Assembly: GCF_031769215.1 (NCBI RefSeq)
Contig: NW_026782161.1
Span: 496,001-560,000 of the forward strand
Direction: 5' to 3'
From: Ylistrum balloti
Taxonomy: Eukaryota
DNA: 64,000 nt
Shown: piece by piece, positions 35,968-52,858 of the stretch
How the letters are laid out: every line of letters begins with the position of its first letter
Position numbering within the stretch: position 1 is the stretch's first letter
Notes under the pieces: model-generated
Seen by the model: only the letters and a program-made list of their open reading frames with translations
What the model was told of the DNA's origin: nothing
The model's database searches: none
Translations under genes and position numbers: made by a program

Positions 35968-38900
35968 TACTATCTCATCAATTGATAATAACACATCATC
36001 GTCATCATCATCGTCATCGCCATAATTGTCATTATCATCGTCATCATCACTGTCATCATCATAATGAAATAATTTAATAAATGCCATGATATGATACTAA
36101 TCCTCATTATTATCATCATTGAAACACACATGCACACTCTCTCATACCCACCCATATACATACAACCATTCATAAGATATGTAGACAAATTAGAGAAGCT
36201 TAATCAAAACTTAATTATTGAATTATTGATATGAAATGATAGCAAGGTAAAAACACACTTAACCATATATTCAACTCCTAACCCTACCATAAAATATTAC
36301 TTCTATAAACTAGATGTCAAGAAAAGCATCATTCCTTACTTACCATAGAGGATGACACCTATTGACCAGATGTCAACACGAGCATCATATATCCCTTTAC
36401 ATATTATTTCAGGTGCCATATACAAAGGTGATCCCCTCATCGCGTGCAGCTCATCACCATGGAACATGTGTTTAGCAAAACCAAAATCTAAAACATTAAA
36501 AAAGCATACAGAGACAAGAGAATCAAACATAACCCCACAAATATGAACACATCTAAAATGACATGCCACATACAGAGCAGATATTGACAATTAATTTGCT
36601 AAGAACTTAAAATGCAATAAATAATATCTAAGAGTGTCATCTTTTATCTGTAAGGAAACACACTCTGTCCCCAGCTGTGTTTGTACTAGCGACCCTTTGG
36701 TCTCTAGCCGAACACTTTCCCACTCAATTTAATTGAAATTCCCACTAGCTGAGGCTAGTTAGGTGATCTGTTAACTCATCTACTACATATCTAACTTAAA
36801 CAACAGATTGGAAAAAAGCCAGTTACTCTAATATTAAAGTGTTATGATGAGCAAATCTTACCTGCAATTTTGAGAGATGGATTTGCTGGTGAAGATAAGA
36901 GGATGTTCTGTGGTTTTAGGTCCATATGTGCTACGTTATGCTCTCTCAAGTACCTCATAGCTTTCACTTGAGACAAAAATATGATAATCAGTTGTTGTTC
37001 TTAAAAATTATCATCAGATAAGGAGTATCAATCACAACAGCATTGGAGTGAAATTATTATGGCACAATAACTTAGGTGTACAAAACATTGCAGTACTTTT
37101 TACAACTTAGTTTTTATATCTTAAAAATTAGTATGAGAAAATTCTCAACAATCAACATTTGAGCTGACTATGTGTTTATATAACACTTACTGTCTGAAGT
37201 CTATCATGTAATCAAACCAATACATCATTACTGTGATGTTTTTGTGAAATTATGTTGTATTTGTTTATCTGCAAGAATTGTCAGTTCAAAATATGCCAAG
37301 CTATGAGAAGTTTCTTACCAATTTGCTGTAGAAATCGCTTGACTATGTATTCAGGCAGGGTCCTTTTGGAGCGTATAAAATGGGACAAGTCTCCACCACT
37401 GTAATATTCCATAATGAGATAAATACACTTTTCATCCCACTGAAAATATAAAGAATAGTTTAATGAAAATAAAATATTATTGTATGATAAGCTGACCTAT
37501 CGTGCAGTTAAACATGTAAGATATCAAAAGTTGAACTCTGGTACACAAGTTTGCTAGACTGTCCACAGAACACACTTTAACATACACAGAAATGTATACC
37601 ACAATGACATTTATGGAAATCAGATTAAAAGTCGCCTCTAATACACACACTTTAACATACACAGAAATGTATACCACAATGACATTTATGGAAATCAGAT
37701 TAAAATCGCCTCTAATACACACACTTTAACATACACAGAAATGTATACCACAATGACATTTATGGAAATCAGATTAAAAGTCGCCTCTAATACACACACT
37801 TTAACATACACAGAAATGTATACCACAATGACATTTATGGAAATCAGATTAAAAGACCACTCTAGTACACCCAAATAAAAATACACAGAAATGTATACCA
37901 CAATGACATTTATGGAAATCAGATTAAAAGTCGCCTCTAATACACACACTTTAACATACACAGAAATGTATACCACAATGACATTTATGGAAATCAGATT
38001 AAAAGTCGCCTCTAATACACACACTTTAACATACACAGAAATGTATACCACAATGACATTTATGGAAATCAGATTAAAAGTCGCCTCTAATACACACACT
38101 TTAACATACACAGAAATGTATACCACAATGACATTTATGGAAATCAGATTAAAAGTCACCTCTAATACACAGGTATAAGATATATCGTGTACATACCTCC
38201 ATTAGAAAACATCAGTATCAGGATAATGGCTCATTTTAGGGAAATCATTTAGCAACACATTTCAGTGTGGACAAACATGATGATTATCTCCCTTTTCAGA
38301 AGTAATGACTAGATATACAAACCTGGAAATCCTTGAGTTCCACAATGTTGTCATGTTTTAATTTTTTCAAGAGTTCTATTTCTCTTAGTAAATTCTCTGA
38401 TGAAGCTTTATTTAAAGATGACCTCAAAACACACTTTACAGCTACAACTTCTCTAGTACCATGCTGAAAAAACAACTTTATATTTAAAGAAAAAACACAT
38501 GTAAATATCTAAAACTTTATAAAAAGCTCCAACCTCAGACTTAAAGTTTTGACAGATGTTGCATAATAACAAATCAATTATGCTTTTTCTGGAGCCATTC
38601 TTCGATTAATACACATGTGTGTACTTAGCAACCAAGATTATCCTGCTCTGTTAAACCTTGGCATACTGTGATATCGTTTAGTGTTACTAAATTTTTAGGT
38701 GTTCAATTTGTGTTGAAGATATTTAGCACAATATTGTATATTGATATACAAATAATTACAAATAATTAACCCATAGGCCAAATGTACTTTATAAATTCTA
38801 GACAGTGTGAAGCTTATTCTTGCATTAACTGTTAACTGATGCATGTATGACATTAGTGATCACAGCATCAGACAAATCTAAAACTCTTTAATAATCTTGA

Positions 38901-39468
38901 ACAATCAAATTCTTATTTCCAAACACAGCAAGGACATGTGTAGATAATTTATTTACTGGTTAACTGTAATTTCATTCGGGTCAAGTTATAAATCAATATT
39001 TTTGTAGTCTGACCAAAATTATAGTCAATAACTCGTATCTATAGGCATGGTCGGGCTAAGATTTTTGTACATTACATGAATAATAATATGAAACAAAAAT
39101 TAACTATCTAAAAAAATAATGAATCCTTCGCGAGCAAGTTATTAGATAAATGAATTGTTAATTGCTAAATATCCCCACTGATTAAGATGCACTTCAAATT
39201 GCACATACAAGAGGCATCTTATTATCAAATAAGATTTAGACCAATGCAGACGATGCATGTTTGGCGACACTGACAGCTGATGATGAGTCAACACGAAAAA
39301 TAGCATCTATCGCATGTATTTTAGGTGAAATTAATTACATTTTACAGGATATTATACCTTTTTGTAAGCTTTATATACCGTAGCATAGGTACCACTACCA
39401 AGTTTTTCAGTAAAGACATATCCGTCTAATTTCGGTTGAGAAATTGAAGCTGACATCGGTCGAGCCAT
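27363..39468 (-). CDS. ULK3: Serine/threonine kinase ULK3 (kinase domain + two MIT domains), 15 coding exons, ~476 aa
   Basis: Exons (5'->3'): 39468-39358, 38463-38323, 37439-37319, 36966-36862, 36487-36344, 34911-34829, 33531-33376, 33236-33131, 32381-32341, 32095-31990, 29941-29874, 29449-29374, 28582-28542, 28105-27994, 27382-27363; all GT-AG, 1431 nt in frame. Motifs [50 protein letters not shown] segments [13 protein letters not shown] and [12 protein letters not shown]-terminus CSIQ (human CTLQ). Confidence 0.96.
28911..29204 (+). mobile_element. Short, apparently complete non-autonomous Helentron-type element (HINE-like), ULK3 intron
   Basis: 5' palindrome AGGCCCATGGGCCT, then sub-terminal GGTCATCTGAC (28935-28945) whose exact reverse complement GTCAGATGACC lies at 29186-29196. 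3' stem-loop ggtcatcagacc-cttc-ggtcagatgacc. Confidence 0.7.
30004..30435 (+). mobile_element. 5' part of a Helentron-like element, cut off at the adjacent minisatellite
   Basis: Starts aacaagaggccttgcagccttaacggtcacctgag; co-linear with the 8054 copy (ggtcacctgagat.agcaatatt...gaaaaagaaattgtg). Confidence 0.6.
30441..31795. repeat. Minisatellite, 41-bp unit (~27 copies) grading into a ~36-38-bp variant
   Basis: Unit gtgttgttattgtgggtttgtctgatgtcacatgacttaca; from ~31550 the unit is gtgttgttgtgggtttgtttgatattaaatgactta. Confidence 0.97.
33541..34110. repeat. Minisatellite, 44-bp unit, ~13 near-identical copies
   Basis: Unit accaacatcagattgataaatgtgaaaacagacctgtatctaac, abutting the acceptor of ULK3 exon 7. 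Confidence 0.97.
35893..36120. repeat. (CAT)n imperfect microsatellite in a ULK3 intron
   Basis: Long run of catcatcat with cgt/tat interruptions. Confidence 0.92.
37571..38171. repeat. Minisatellite, 75-bp unit, ~8 copies (ULK3 intron 2)
   Basis: Unit cacactttaacatacacagaaatgtataccacaatgacatttatggaaatcagattaaaagtcgcctctaataca. Confidence 0.95.
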
Positions 39469-39751
39469 GGTCCCATGTTGTTATTTTCGTTTCTAATTAT
39501 ATTACCTCCAATACTGAAGATTTCCACGACAGGTGCTCGTTAAAAGTGATTTTTGGAAATTATATATTAAAAATGAATAAAATGTCTAGAATTTCACACT
39601 TATCATTATTAATAATCTACTATTCTGAATATTTATTATGTTTACAAAGATTTTCGATTACTCAACAAGGCGAGATTTCACAAATATTGTTTAAAAATGG
39701 CGGCAAAGGTTAGCAATGTAACTAGGGAAAGTTGTTTACATCGATTATATT
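39469..39751. promoter_or_regulatory. Probable bidirectional promoter ULK3/ZNF474-like and 5' exon of the ZNF474-like gene
   Basis: ULK3 ATG at 39468 (-). YY1-type motif AAAATGGCGG at ~39694-39703 (+). Strong donor ATT|GTGAGT at 39751/39752. Confidence 0.55.
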
Positions 39752-40364
39752 GTGAGTATTTTATGTCTATTTAATTTGACTTGATACGACACCCTGTAAA
39801 GATAAACTCTACTTTTATGGAAGGGTATATAAATGAAATTAAGACACTAACGATCACAATCTTCATATGTTACCAAATACATTTTTAACACCTTTTCGTT
39901 CTAGTCAACTCATTTTTGGCACATCACCAAGACTAGACTGGACCACATTTTGTATGATTGTCCTGTATTTGGTTCGGCGTGGACATTGGCATCAATTAAC
40001 TCGTTTAGGTGAAAGATTTGTTTGAAATAGCCAAGTTTTATTTTTATCTTGAATGTTCATCAAGTTTTATATTTTTACTATAAGGACAGTTAATTGATGT
40101 AAGTTAGATGTATACAGTTGTAGATAATTTGAAATATACATGTAAACGTATAGACTCTGTATATGTTTATGTATGTAAAATGTAAAATGCCAATGTAATC
40201 AATGTCATTATTTGTTCTAGTCCAAGTGTTCTAACTTATCTATCAACATTTTTAAAATTTTTTCCTTGTAATGAACGATCGTCAGTAGAATTCCCACATA
40301 TATAAAAATGCCAAAATTCTTGTGTCTCCAGCAAGAATCGGCATTTCGGCAAAATTTTAAATAA

Positions 40365-40465
40365 AGATAATTTCTCTTTAGCTCTATTAGTTTGGTGTAA
40401 GACTAGTAAGCCAGAGGTTTCGGGTCCTAACAGAGGCATTGGGAAAATAATGACCCCTGATATAT
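40365..40465 (+). mobile_element. Partial copy of the tRNA-containing LTR (same family as 10270-10690)
   Basis: ttctctttagctc...agactagtaagccagaggtttcgggtcctaacagaggcattgggaaaataatgacccct aligns with the 3' two-thirds of the LTR. Confidence 0.72.
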
Positions 40466-41226
40466 ACATGTACCTTGTAGAGTACGCGTAATGATCCCTG
40501 ATATATGTATGTGCCTTGTAGAGTACGCGTAATGATCTCTGATATATGTATGTGCCTTGTAGAGTACGCGTAATGACCCCTGCTATATGTACGTACCTTG
40601 TAGAGTACACATAATGACCCCTGATATATGTACGTGCCTTGTAGAGTACACGTAATGACCCCTGATTTATGTATGTGCCTTGTAGAGTACGCGTAATGAC
40701 CCCTGATATATATGTACGTGCCTTGTAGAGTACACGTAATGACCCCTGATATATGTAGGTGTCTTGTAGAGTACACATAATGACCCCTGATATATGTATT
40801 TTCCTTGTAGAGTACACATAATGACCCCTGATATATGTACGTACCTTGTAGAGTACACATAATGACCCCTGATATATGTATGTGCCTTGTAGAGTATGCG
40901 TAATGACCCCTGATATATGTATGTGCCTTGTAGAGTACACATAATGATCCCCGATATATGAAAGTGCCTTGTAGAGTACGCTTAATGACCCCTGTTATAT
41001 GTATGTGCCTTGTAGAGTACACATAATGACCCCTGATATATGTATTTTCCTTGTAGAGTACACGTAATGACCCCTGTTATATACATGTGCCTTGTAGAGT
41101 ACACATAATGACCCCTGTTATATACATGTGCCTTGTAGAGTACGCGTAATGACCCCTGTTATATACATGTGCCTTGTAGAGTACGTGTAATGACCCCTGT
41201 TATATACATGTGCCTTGTAGAGTACA
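40448..41226. repeat. Minisatellite, 41-bp unit, ~19 copies
   Basis: Unit taatgacccctgatatatgtatgtgccttgtagagtacac(a/g); gtgccttg recurs at 40511 and 40552. Confidence 0.96.
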
Positions 41227-41415
41227 TGTTAATATGTAATGTATTATTGTACACAATTGACCTTATTTTTGTCCATCCATCTACACTTATCCGCAAATGA
41301 CAACTATTTGTAAATTTTGATTGAGCGATACATTGATTAAAAGGTCATAGTTTATGCAAGTTTTATCAAAAGGTTGTTCTGGTGTATCATGAATTCAGTT
41401 TGAAAATAAAAATGA

Positions 41416-44924
<3,509 letters not shown>

Positions 44925-45903
44925 AATTTGGAGATAAAAGTGGAAGAGGAAGTCATTAGTAGCTTAAAATTTCTGGAGATAAGAATTTCTAGAAGACGGA
45001 TCAATTCAGAGTATCCAAAATACTGGAAGGTTGCCAAGATATTATTGTCATTAGAAATCCAACTCCCTTTCGTTGTCAGGGTATACTCCTCAAATATGGA
45101 GGAAGGGCATTAAAAAATGTTCTATACAAGAAATAGATATAAAAACAAAATAATACCATTTTAGTTATCACAGGAAATGTTTATAGAATGTGAATGAATC
45201 TAAAATAATAGGTGCTTCATTACCTGATTGAATATGAACAGATTTGAAGTTTTGATAGATGGAGGATGGACCACAGATGCAGGGCAATTTGAACAGCCCA
45301 GCATCAGATGATGGTGGACTACACCATCATCACATGGTAGCTGTTCCTGTTTGATTTTGGGACTGATCAGAAAAACAAAATGGCTGACAGACGATCATCC
45401 TGAATTTAGCAGGTAAAGATTATCATCGCTAATTCTGCAAAGGAATGTTGAAATTTCTTATCATTAAGAGCAAAAACAGAGAGGAGAAGGGAAAAGATCC
45501 GACTTTCAAAGAGTGAATAAAGATCAAACAATGGTGGGCACCAAGATCCCTCTGGGATTGCTTGTGTAGTATTTAGATTGAATATCAAACATAACAGTGA
45601 TTTATCATTCTTAATTAGTCACATAAAGCCACAAACTAGTCAAAACTTAAATTGTGTGTTAATTTAAAACAAAACAAAACATTAAATTGATGAAATGTTG
45701 AATTTGCATTCAAACTACTAACTAAAGACATCAGTTCACCTTATCATATTCTCTTGTATCACAGATATAAATAGATTACAGAGCATATAGTGTACCAATT
45801 AACTAAAATACTAGCTCAGATTTCTCATTTATTTTAAAATCAACCTGTTACTTCATAATCTCTGCAGAAAAATTGAATCACTCATTATACTATAGATACA
45901 TTC

Positions 45904-46116
45904 TACAATTTGTTATATAGATGGTGTAAAATTTTACTGTGTCCATCCACCTAGTACACACTAGTTTAACACAGTGATCTCAATACTTCTGTTAGTATGT
46001 TATCAGTTTACAATTTGTTATATAGATGGCGTAAAATTTTACTGTGTCCATCCACCTAGTACACACTAGTTTAACACAGTGATCTCAATACTTCTGTTAA
46101 TATGTTTTCAGTTTAA
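45904..46116. repeat. 105-bp tandem duplication (2 copies)
   Basis: tacaatttgttatatagatgg...gatctcaatacttctgtta.tatgtt.tcagttta starts at 45904 and 46009. Confidence 0.88.
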
Positions 46117-47310
46117 AATTTGAAAGTTTATTTATATGTTAAGTTTTTTTCATAAAACAACTTTTATTGCCAGATCTGATGTACTAAACCCAATATGAGC
46201 CAATGACAATGCTCAAGTGATTAAGATGTTTTAGTGCTTAATGGTAAATTTATTTGTTTACATTGATGTACTGTGATATTTGTATCGAATTGAATAATGT
46301 TGTAGATAACATATTTGTAAATAAGGACACATTTTAAGGTAAATTTTTTGTTATATATTTTCTTGAATTTATTTTCCAGATTATAGAATGAATAGCTAGC
46401 TGGCTTTCAGGTTAGTCATTTCTGAACACGGTTTTGTGATTAGTTTTATTTGATAAATTTTGTTTGCCCTACGTAATTCCGGTTGATATGTAGACTTCTT
46501 AAAACAAATCTTACATATCAAAAGCATGGCACAAAGTTATATCTGAATCTTGCCTGGATGAACCTCAGAGGTAATGGGTCAACTCATTTCTCGTAACACA
46601 GCCAAGAGATCTGAGAAAGTTTTATTCAACCTTAGAATATTAGAGGTTTGAAATAAAAGAAACTTACTATTTGATAGCATCTTTTCTCTGAAATTTACAT
46701 CATTACATTATCAAAAGTAGAAGAATGCATTGATATTTCAAATTTCCTGGATGCTACAAGAATGTAACTATGGTAACGACCATTGTAACCACTGGAAATA
46801 CAAACATGTTCTAAAATCATGTGATTGGAATGACTTAATTTCAAGAAAAGGTTTTTGATTGTTTTGATCAAACTCAGATGTCAGTTTAATTTGTGGTCTC
46901 TATCTTACCCTGTTACTCTCCTAACCTGTTACCAGTTCAGATGTAGTAATATCTATCTTATATCTCACTACTCCAATAAACAAGAAAACATAGTATACAA
47001 AAAAATCATTTCAAGCAAACGTCTTTGCCAGTTGACAGGGATTCCCTCTCTGTTGGTCTCTACAATACTGTACTAGAGTGATGAAATATTCTGTGTTAAG
47101 TTTAGATAGCTGATGGGGTGTATTTCTTATTGACAGTTTTGTGGTCATATTTGGTCAGTTTGACCCCGGTTTAAACACAATCACTAGATCTTATCATTAC
47201 TAGGTAGCTCTCTGTATGTTATGGCCTAAATGACTTTATATTTAAAGTTTTATGTTTATTGATAAATTCTCTGTAATTGTTCAAGTTACTGAAAGGTTCT
47301 TTATTATCTT

Positions 47311-47797
47311 AGATATCTAGTGAATATTTACACAATTAATAGGCCCCAAACTCCTGTTACCGCAGAATGTCCAGATTATATACACCTGTGAGTAGATCTG
47401 TAACACCAGATATCTAGTGAATATTTACACAATTAATAGGCCCCAAACTCCTGTTACCGCAGAATGTCCAGATTATATACACCTGTGAGTAGATCTGTAA
47501 CACCAGATATCTAGTGAATATTTACACAATTAATAGGCCCCAAACTCCTGTTACCGTAGAATGTCCAGATTATATACACCTGTGAGTAGATCTGTAACAC
47601 CAGATATCTAGTGAATATTTACACAATTAATAGGCCCCAAACTCCTGTTACCGTAGAATGTCCAGATTATATACACCTGTGAGTAGATCTGTAACACCAG
47701 ATATCTAGTGAATATTTACACAATTAATAGGCCCCAAACTCCTGTTACTGTAGAATGTCCAGATTATGTACACCTGTGAGTAGATATGTAACACCAC
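47311..47797. repeat. Tandem repeat, 97-bp unit, 5 copies
   Basis: agatatctagtgaatatttacac... starts at 47311, 47408, 47505 and onward. Confidence 0.95.
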
Positions 47798-50700
47798 TAT
47801 TTAAAAGTTGGACATCACCACCCTTTCTTTCCTTACTATTAGCATGTCTTGTGAATCATTACAGCTAGGTATACAGTGCTCTTGGGAGCTTGACAGGTGG
47901 AATCCTTTTCCTATGACTAAATGGTGTCCACATCATTTTTATTTGATATTTACCTGGACCTCACCTGTAATCAATTTGGAATTATATATATATACAATGT
48001 ATCATTGGTTATCATCATGTGATGACATCTGTCACTGTAGATACATGTACCATGTACACACAATCATTGTAAATAATGAATCTTTGAAAATTGTTGATGG
48101 TTGTGAAATAAATTTGAGGATATTGTAAATAATAATTATATAAGAATGGTATTGCATAAAGGAGACTGTTGATAATGTACATATATATGAAAGCCTTTAG
48201 ACTGTGATGCTCAAGTCATGTGATAAATACATGTGATTCCATGAGGGTTGTACTACTGCTGGTGATTATACCTGTACCAACAAAAACCTTCAGATTGCTA
48301 CGGTTGTGATTTTATTATTTTTGGTACAGTATATTTTGTCCACAACATTCCATTCTTTAGATTGACAAAAACCTGACTCTAATTGTAACTTTGATTGTTT
48401 ATGACCGTATATTGGCCAGGACCGTAAATTGGCCAGGACAAGATCTTTGATTTAAACTTTAATTGATAATTAGCTGATCTTAATGATTATGACCTGAAGT
48501 TACCTTGTTTATATCATGTCCTTGGACAATGACCTTACCTCAACTTGACCTTGACCTGACCTGACCTTATAATGTTCATGACCAGAACATAGATTGACCA
48601 TGACCTGTCTTTAGATAATTTATGGCCTGACCTTAGATTGACATATAAGTGACCTAAAATGACCCAAACCTAACCTGATATATATATTGTTCATAACTTG
48701 ACCTTAGACTGACCATGAGCTGACTTAAGACTGGCTGATCAGAAGTAAGATAGACCATTATCTTACATAAAACTTGCCAAACTGACCAGTTTGAACTTCA
48801 ACGGCATGTTGTCATTTGCCTACTCTAATTACTAACTTGTTCAAATCATCAGAATGGGATATGTTGGCTGATTGTTGACCCAACTGGAAACAACTCAGCT
48901 GATAAGAAAAATAACATGTACTACACCGTAATTTACTCCATATGTTAATAAGAAATAAACTTTGGGTATATAATCCTTATATACATATATGATTATTGTT
49001 AATTTTACCCATGTTATGTACATTAATATTGTTTGTTTATATTATTATATTGTTAAACAGTGTGCTTATTTATTAATAGTTGTTGAGTTTGTAAACTGTG
49101 ATAAACCTATATATATTGGAGATGATTTTTGGTAGTACATGTCATAAGTCATTATTATTGCAAAATGTGTTTGTTCCTCACCAGTTTGATCCTTTAGCCT
49201 AATAAGTATGTTATATTTCCCATGATGACTGTCCTGCCTACAGAATATGTACCATGTTCATATCATATGTATATTTTGTAATACCTGTGTTTGTATGCAA
49301 TATAATGTCTACCCTTGTGTGGGGCTTTTGCAACGTCACTTGATTTTAAATACCTTGACCCAGTTGAAGGCTTTTCCAATATTTATTCAACATATTGTAC
49401 ATGTAATAGTGGAGAAATGTTATATTGAAGCACAGTTACCCATAGTTAGACTGAGAACACTCTTAATTAGATGATGTATATTCAAATGGAATTTTAGTTT
49501 TTTAAAAAAGGAAATAAATCTGAGTTCTTCATATCATCAACATAATAGATATGTAGAGAAATTACAAAAAACACACACACAAATACAGCTTTTGTAAAAT
49601 CCCTCCATCATGCATTTTCTAGAATAATATGAGTTAAAGAGACAGAAACTTGTAACCAACCAACTAATGATTTCACTGTCCAGAAATCCTTACTGTTACA
49701 ATTTCATGACAGAAAAAGCCAAATGTTTAAAAGCTGAAATTAATTTTAATGAGCAGGTTGTGACAAAATTTCATTGAAAGTACATAATCTGCAAAAATTG
49801 CAAAATTCAAAACCTAACCTTTATATTATTTTTTTTATATTTCTCATTTTATTAGCCTATCAGTTATCTATTATGATAATATAACTGTTGTAACATTTGA
49901 AAAATTAATGGATAAATGGTATGATATTGACATAATGAGCAGTTAATATCACATGATTGTAACTTTGGCACTATCTAAATTTTGTATTAAATGACACATC
50001 AATATTATAATATAGACCTACTTAATGTCTTTTGTATTTTTGAATATCAGTGTAAATATTACGATGTTGACTCCAACTTTACATTGTTAAACTTTACAAT
50101 CTTTCGGTTAGTAAAAAAATCATATTTCCATTAATACGCCGGTATATAACAATTTTATTTTACAACAACTGCAAAACAACTTTTAGGAATAATACATTAT
50201 TCACTCATGTTGGCCGCAATAGAAGTGAGTGAGGAGTAATACTGTGAGAGGAAACTCTTGTGGTCGAGCACTGACCTTGTCACACCTGTTAGGTATTGGT
50301 ACTCATAGCCATGGATCCATGTGTCTAGGAAATGGTAAACAGATAAACATTGACATGGTAAGGGACTAATGGATTTGTAAGCAGAATGTGCTGAACATAA
50401 TGCATAGTTTTGTAAAACCAGGAAATTTTATATCAAGTTTGATTAGGATTTTATAGTAATCATTTATTGAAAAATATGGAGTCTGATTGAATTCAGTCAT
50501 GAAAAGCAATTTTCAATTCAATTCAAATTACTGATTAAGAGAAGAATAAAAAGATTTGATAATGATAAAAAAAAAATTCAGTTTAGTTTTGCCATACTGA
50601 AGGGAACTACTTGTCCTCAACAGATCAATGGTTGAGATTTTTCAATACATTTCTGGTAGTTTGCGGGATCTGCTTTCCATACAAATGGCCTTACTTATTG

Positions 50701-52554
50701 TACACATTGTTTCATTATATTTTGAACTGAAATTTTCTAGGTATTTCAATATTTAGTAAATTAATTTCATAAGTTCTAGTAGATAATAGCAATATTATGA
50801 ATAATTAGAAAACATATGGTGCTACTTAGTCTGTTTGTGTGCCAGCAGAGTAGGCAACTGACAATACATTGTAGGTTACAATTTCGCCACTGTAATGATC
50901 AGTAAATCAGACAATAAAACTTTAAACTACTTGTAAAAAGTTTTTGTAACATTTTTTCATATATGCAAATTCACTCCCTTTGTCTACCAGATTTGAGAAA
51001 TTTTACACAGAAATTTCATTGGGGTATTTAGGTAGTATTAATTTTTTTCTGTGTTCTGGTAATTTTGGGATATGGAATGTAATTTGCTTTTTTTTTAAAT
51101 TTGTGACAAGTTTGTGTTATTTTATTATTGTTGAAATATCACAGATCTCTACCAAAAATTACACTTAAGTGATCCTGATAATTGATGATATTGTTGATAG
51201 TTGTTGCTTTTGTGAGGGAAAATATGACTTATCATGATAACTATCTCATTATGTCTAAGATAATTGTAGAAAGGTACCACAATTCTGGTGTTGTGACAGT
51301 CAATAAGTTCACTTTAAAGAAATTGTCACTATAAAAAATTGTATTTGGGATACAAAGGGTAATTCATGTTGTTTATTGTTAACATGTTTGGTGAGACCAG
51401 AATGACCTTGTCGTGCTGACCTTTACATCGTACTTAAGTATTGGAGTACACTAATGTTGTTCCTGTCACTGTACCTGAGAGTTCATGGAAGTAGCTGGTC
51501 TGTTCTTTACATTACAGGAAACATCTACCCATTATGTCCAATAATGTAACAAACAAATCCTTCAGCCTGTGTCTGCACAACACCAGATACAGGTGTGTTG
51601 ATACAGGTACCAGTGAAGGACAATTAGGAGGAATTTCAGGTGAAATACAAATCATTACATTTCATAGTAGAAGTAATAACTTGATTATGGTAAAGTTCAG
51701 TGTGACAGGGTCATAATGGTTCAACTGTTCAAATTATCGTTAAAAAATTAAGATTATTCTTGTGTGCTTTTAAGTTTTGAAAAAATATGCTGTGCTAAAA
51801 GAAACCATTATTAGTAGCATATTCTGATATTGGTCTGACATTTAACACTCATGTAGGTGTATGTTCTCATTTACACACCAAAATAAAAACATTTATAGCC
51901 CATGGTCTGTTGTCCGTCCTTAAACAATTCTAGATTTTTTCTTGAGATGTACCAGATTGATCTTTTTTATATTTCATATGTAAGTTTTCTTGGTTCCTTG
52001 CTGTGTCATTCAAATTTTGAAGCTTATCAATAATAAAAATGGCTGACAGGTGGCCATCTTGGATTTTGACAAAAGAAAGTTTGTTTGATAATCACTATTT
52101 CTTAAGAAGTACTGGATGGATTTTTCTCTAATTGCATGAGTACATGTAGGTTTGCTGTGGTCCCTCATTTTGACCTTTTGATTTTAGGATTGCTCAGAAA
52201 AAAATGGCCAAGAGGTGGCCATCTTGTATTTCACAATTATTACTGTTTGTTAAGAGGAACTTTCAAATTTCATATAAATTGTAATTAAAAGCAAAAACAA
52301 AGGAGTGAAGAGAAAATGAAAGAAAATTAACTGATCTACCTTTTAAAAGAAATACAATTTCTTTATGTTGATAATATATATTTTTTGCATTTATAGCCCA
52401 TGGTCTGTTGTCCGTCCTTAAACAATTCTAGTTGTGTTTTTTTACAAGGTTTAAAGTGCTACAAATTGGTATCTTTCAACTACCTTCCTACTGTAATGTA
52501 GTGAAGGTTTACATCTGTATTACAAGGAAATGAATTATACATTTGTCTCATATG

Positions 52555-52858
52555 TTTAACAATGTTTAACACCATATGTTTAACGACATATGTTTAACAC
52601 CATATGTTTAACACTGTTTAACGACATATGTTTAACACTGTTTAACACTGTATGTTTAACACTGTTTAACGACATATGTTTAACACCATATGTTTAACAC
52701 TGTTTAACGACATATGTTTAACACCATATGTTTATCACTGTTTAACGACATATGTTTAACGACATATGTTTAACACTGTTTAACGACATATGTTTAACGA
52801 CATATGTTTAACACTATATGTTTAACACTGTTTAACACCATATGTTAAACGACATATG
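52555..52858. repeat. Compound short tandem repeat built on tgtttaac(ac/gac) motifs
   Basis: Interleaved atgtttaacaccat, tgtttaacac and tgtttaacgacata units. Confidence 0.88.

Noticed and set aside
35720-36188. Poly-Ile, poly-Met and poly-Asp ORFs
   Set aside because: They are translations of the (CAT)n microsatellite.
37477-38178. Repetitive ORFs ([13 protein letters not shown]..., [15 protein letters not shown]...)
   Set aside because: The 75-bp unit is a multiple of 3, so stop-free frames arise by chance; the array is inside ULK3 intron 2.
39426-39476. Out-of-frame upstream ATG (39476) overlapping the ULK3 start
   Set aside because: It gives a 16-codon overlapping uORF, but the TSS is unknown and the context is unremarkable; not supportable without transcript data.
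40236-41022. 234-aa and 211-aa minus-strand ORFs
   Set aside because: They are products of the 41-bp minisatellite cycling through frames, with no domain content.
48400-48800. TGACC-rich tract as a nuclear-receptor response element cluster
   Set aside because: Irregularly spaced tgacct motifs are common in low-complexity repeat remnants; nothing in the sequence supports a regulatory role.
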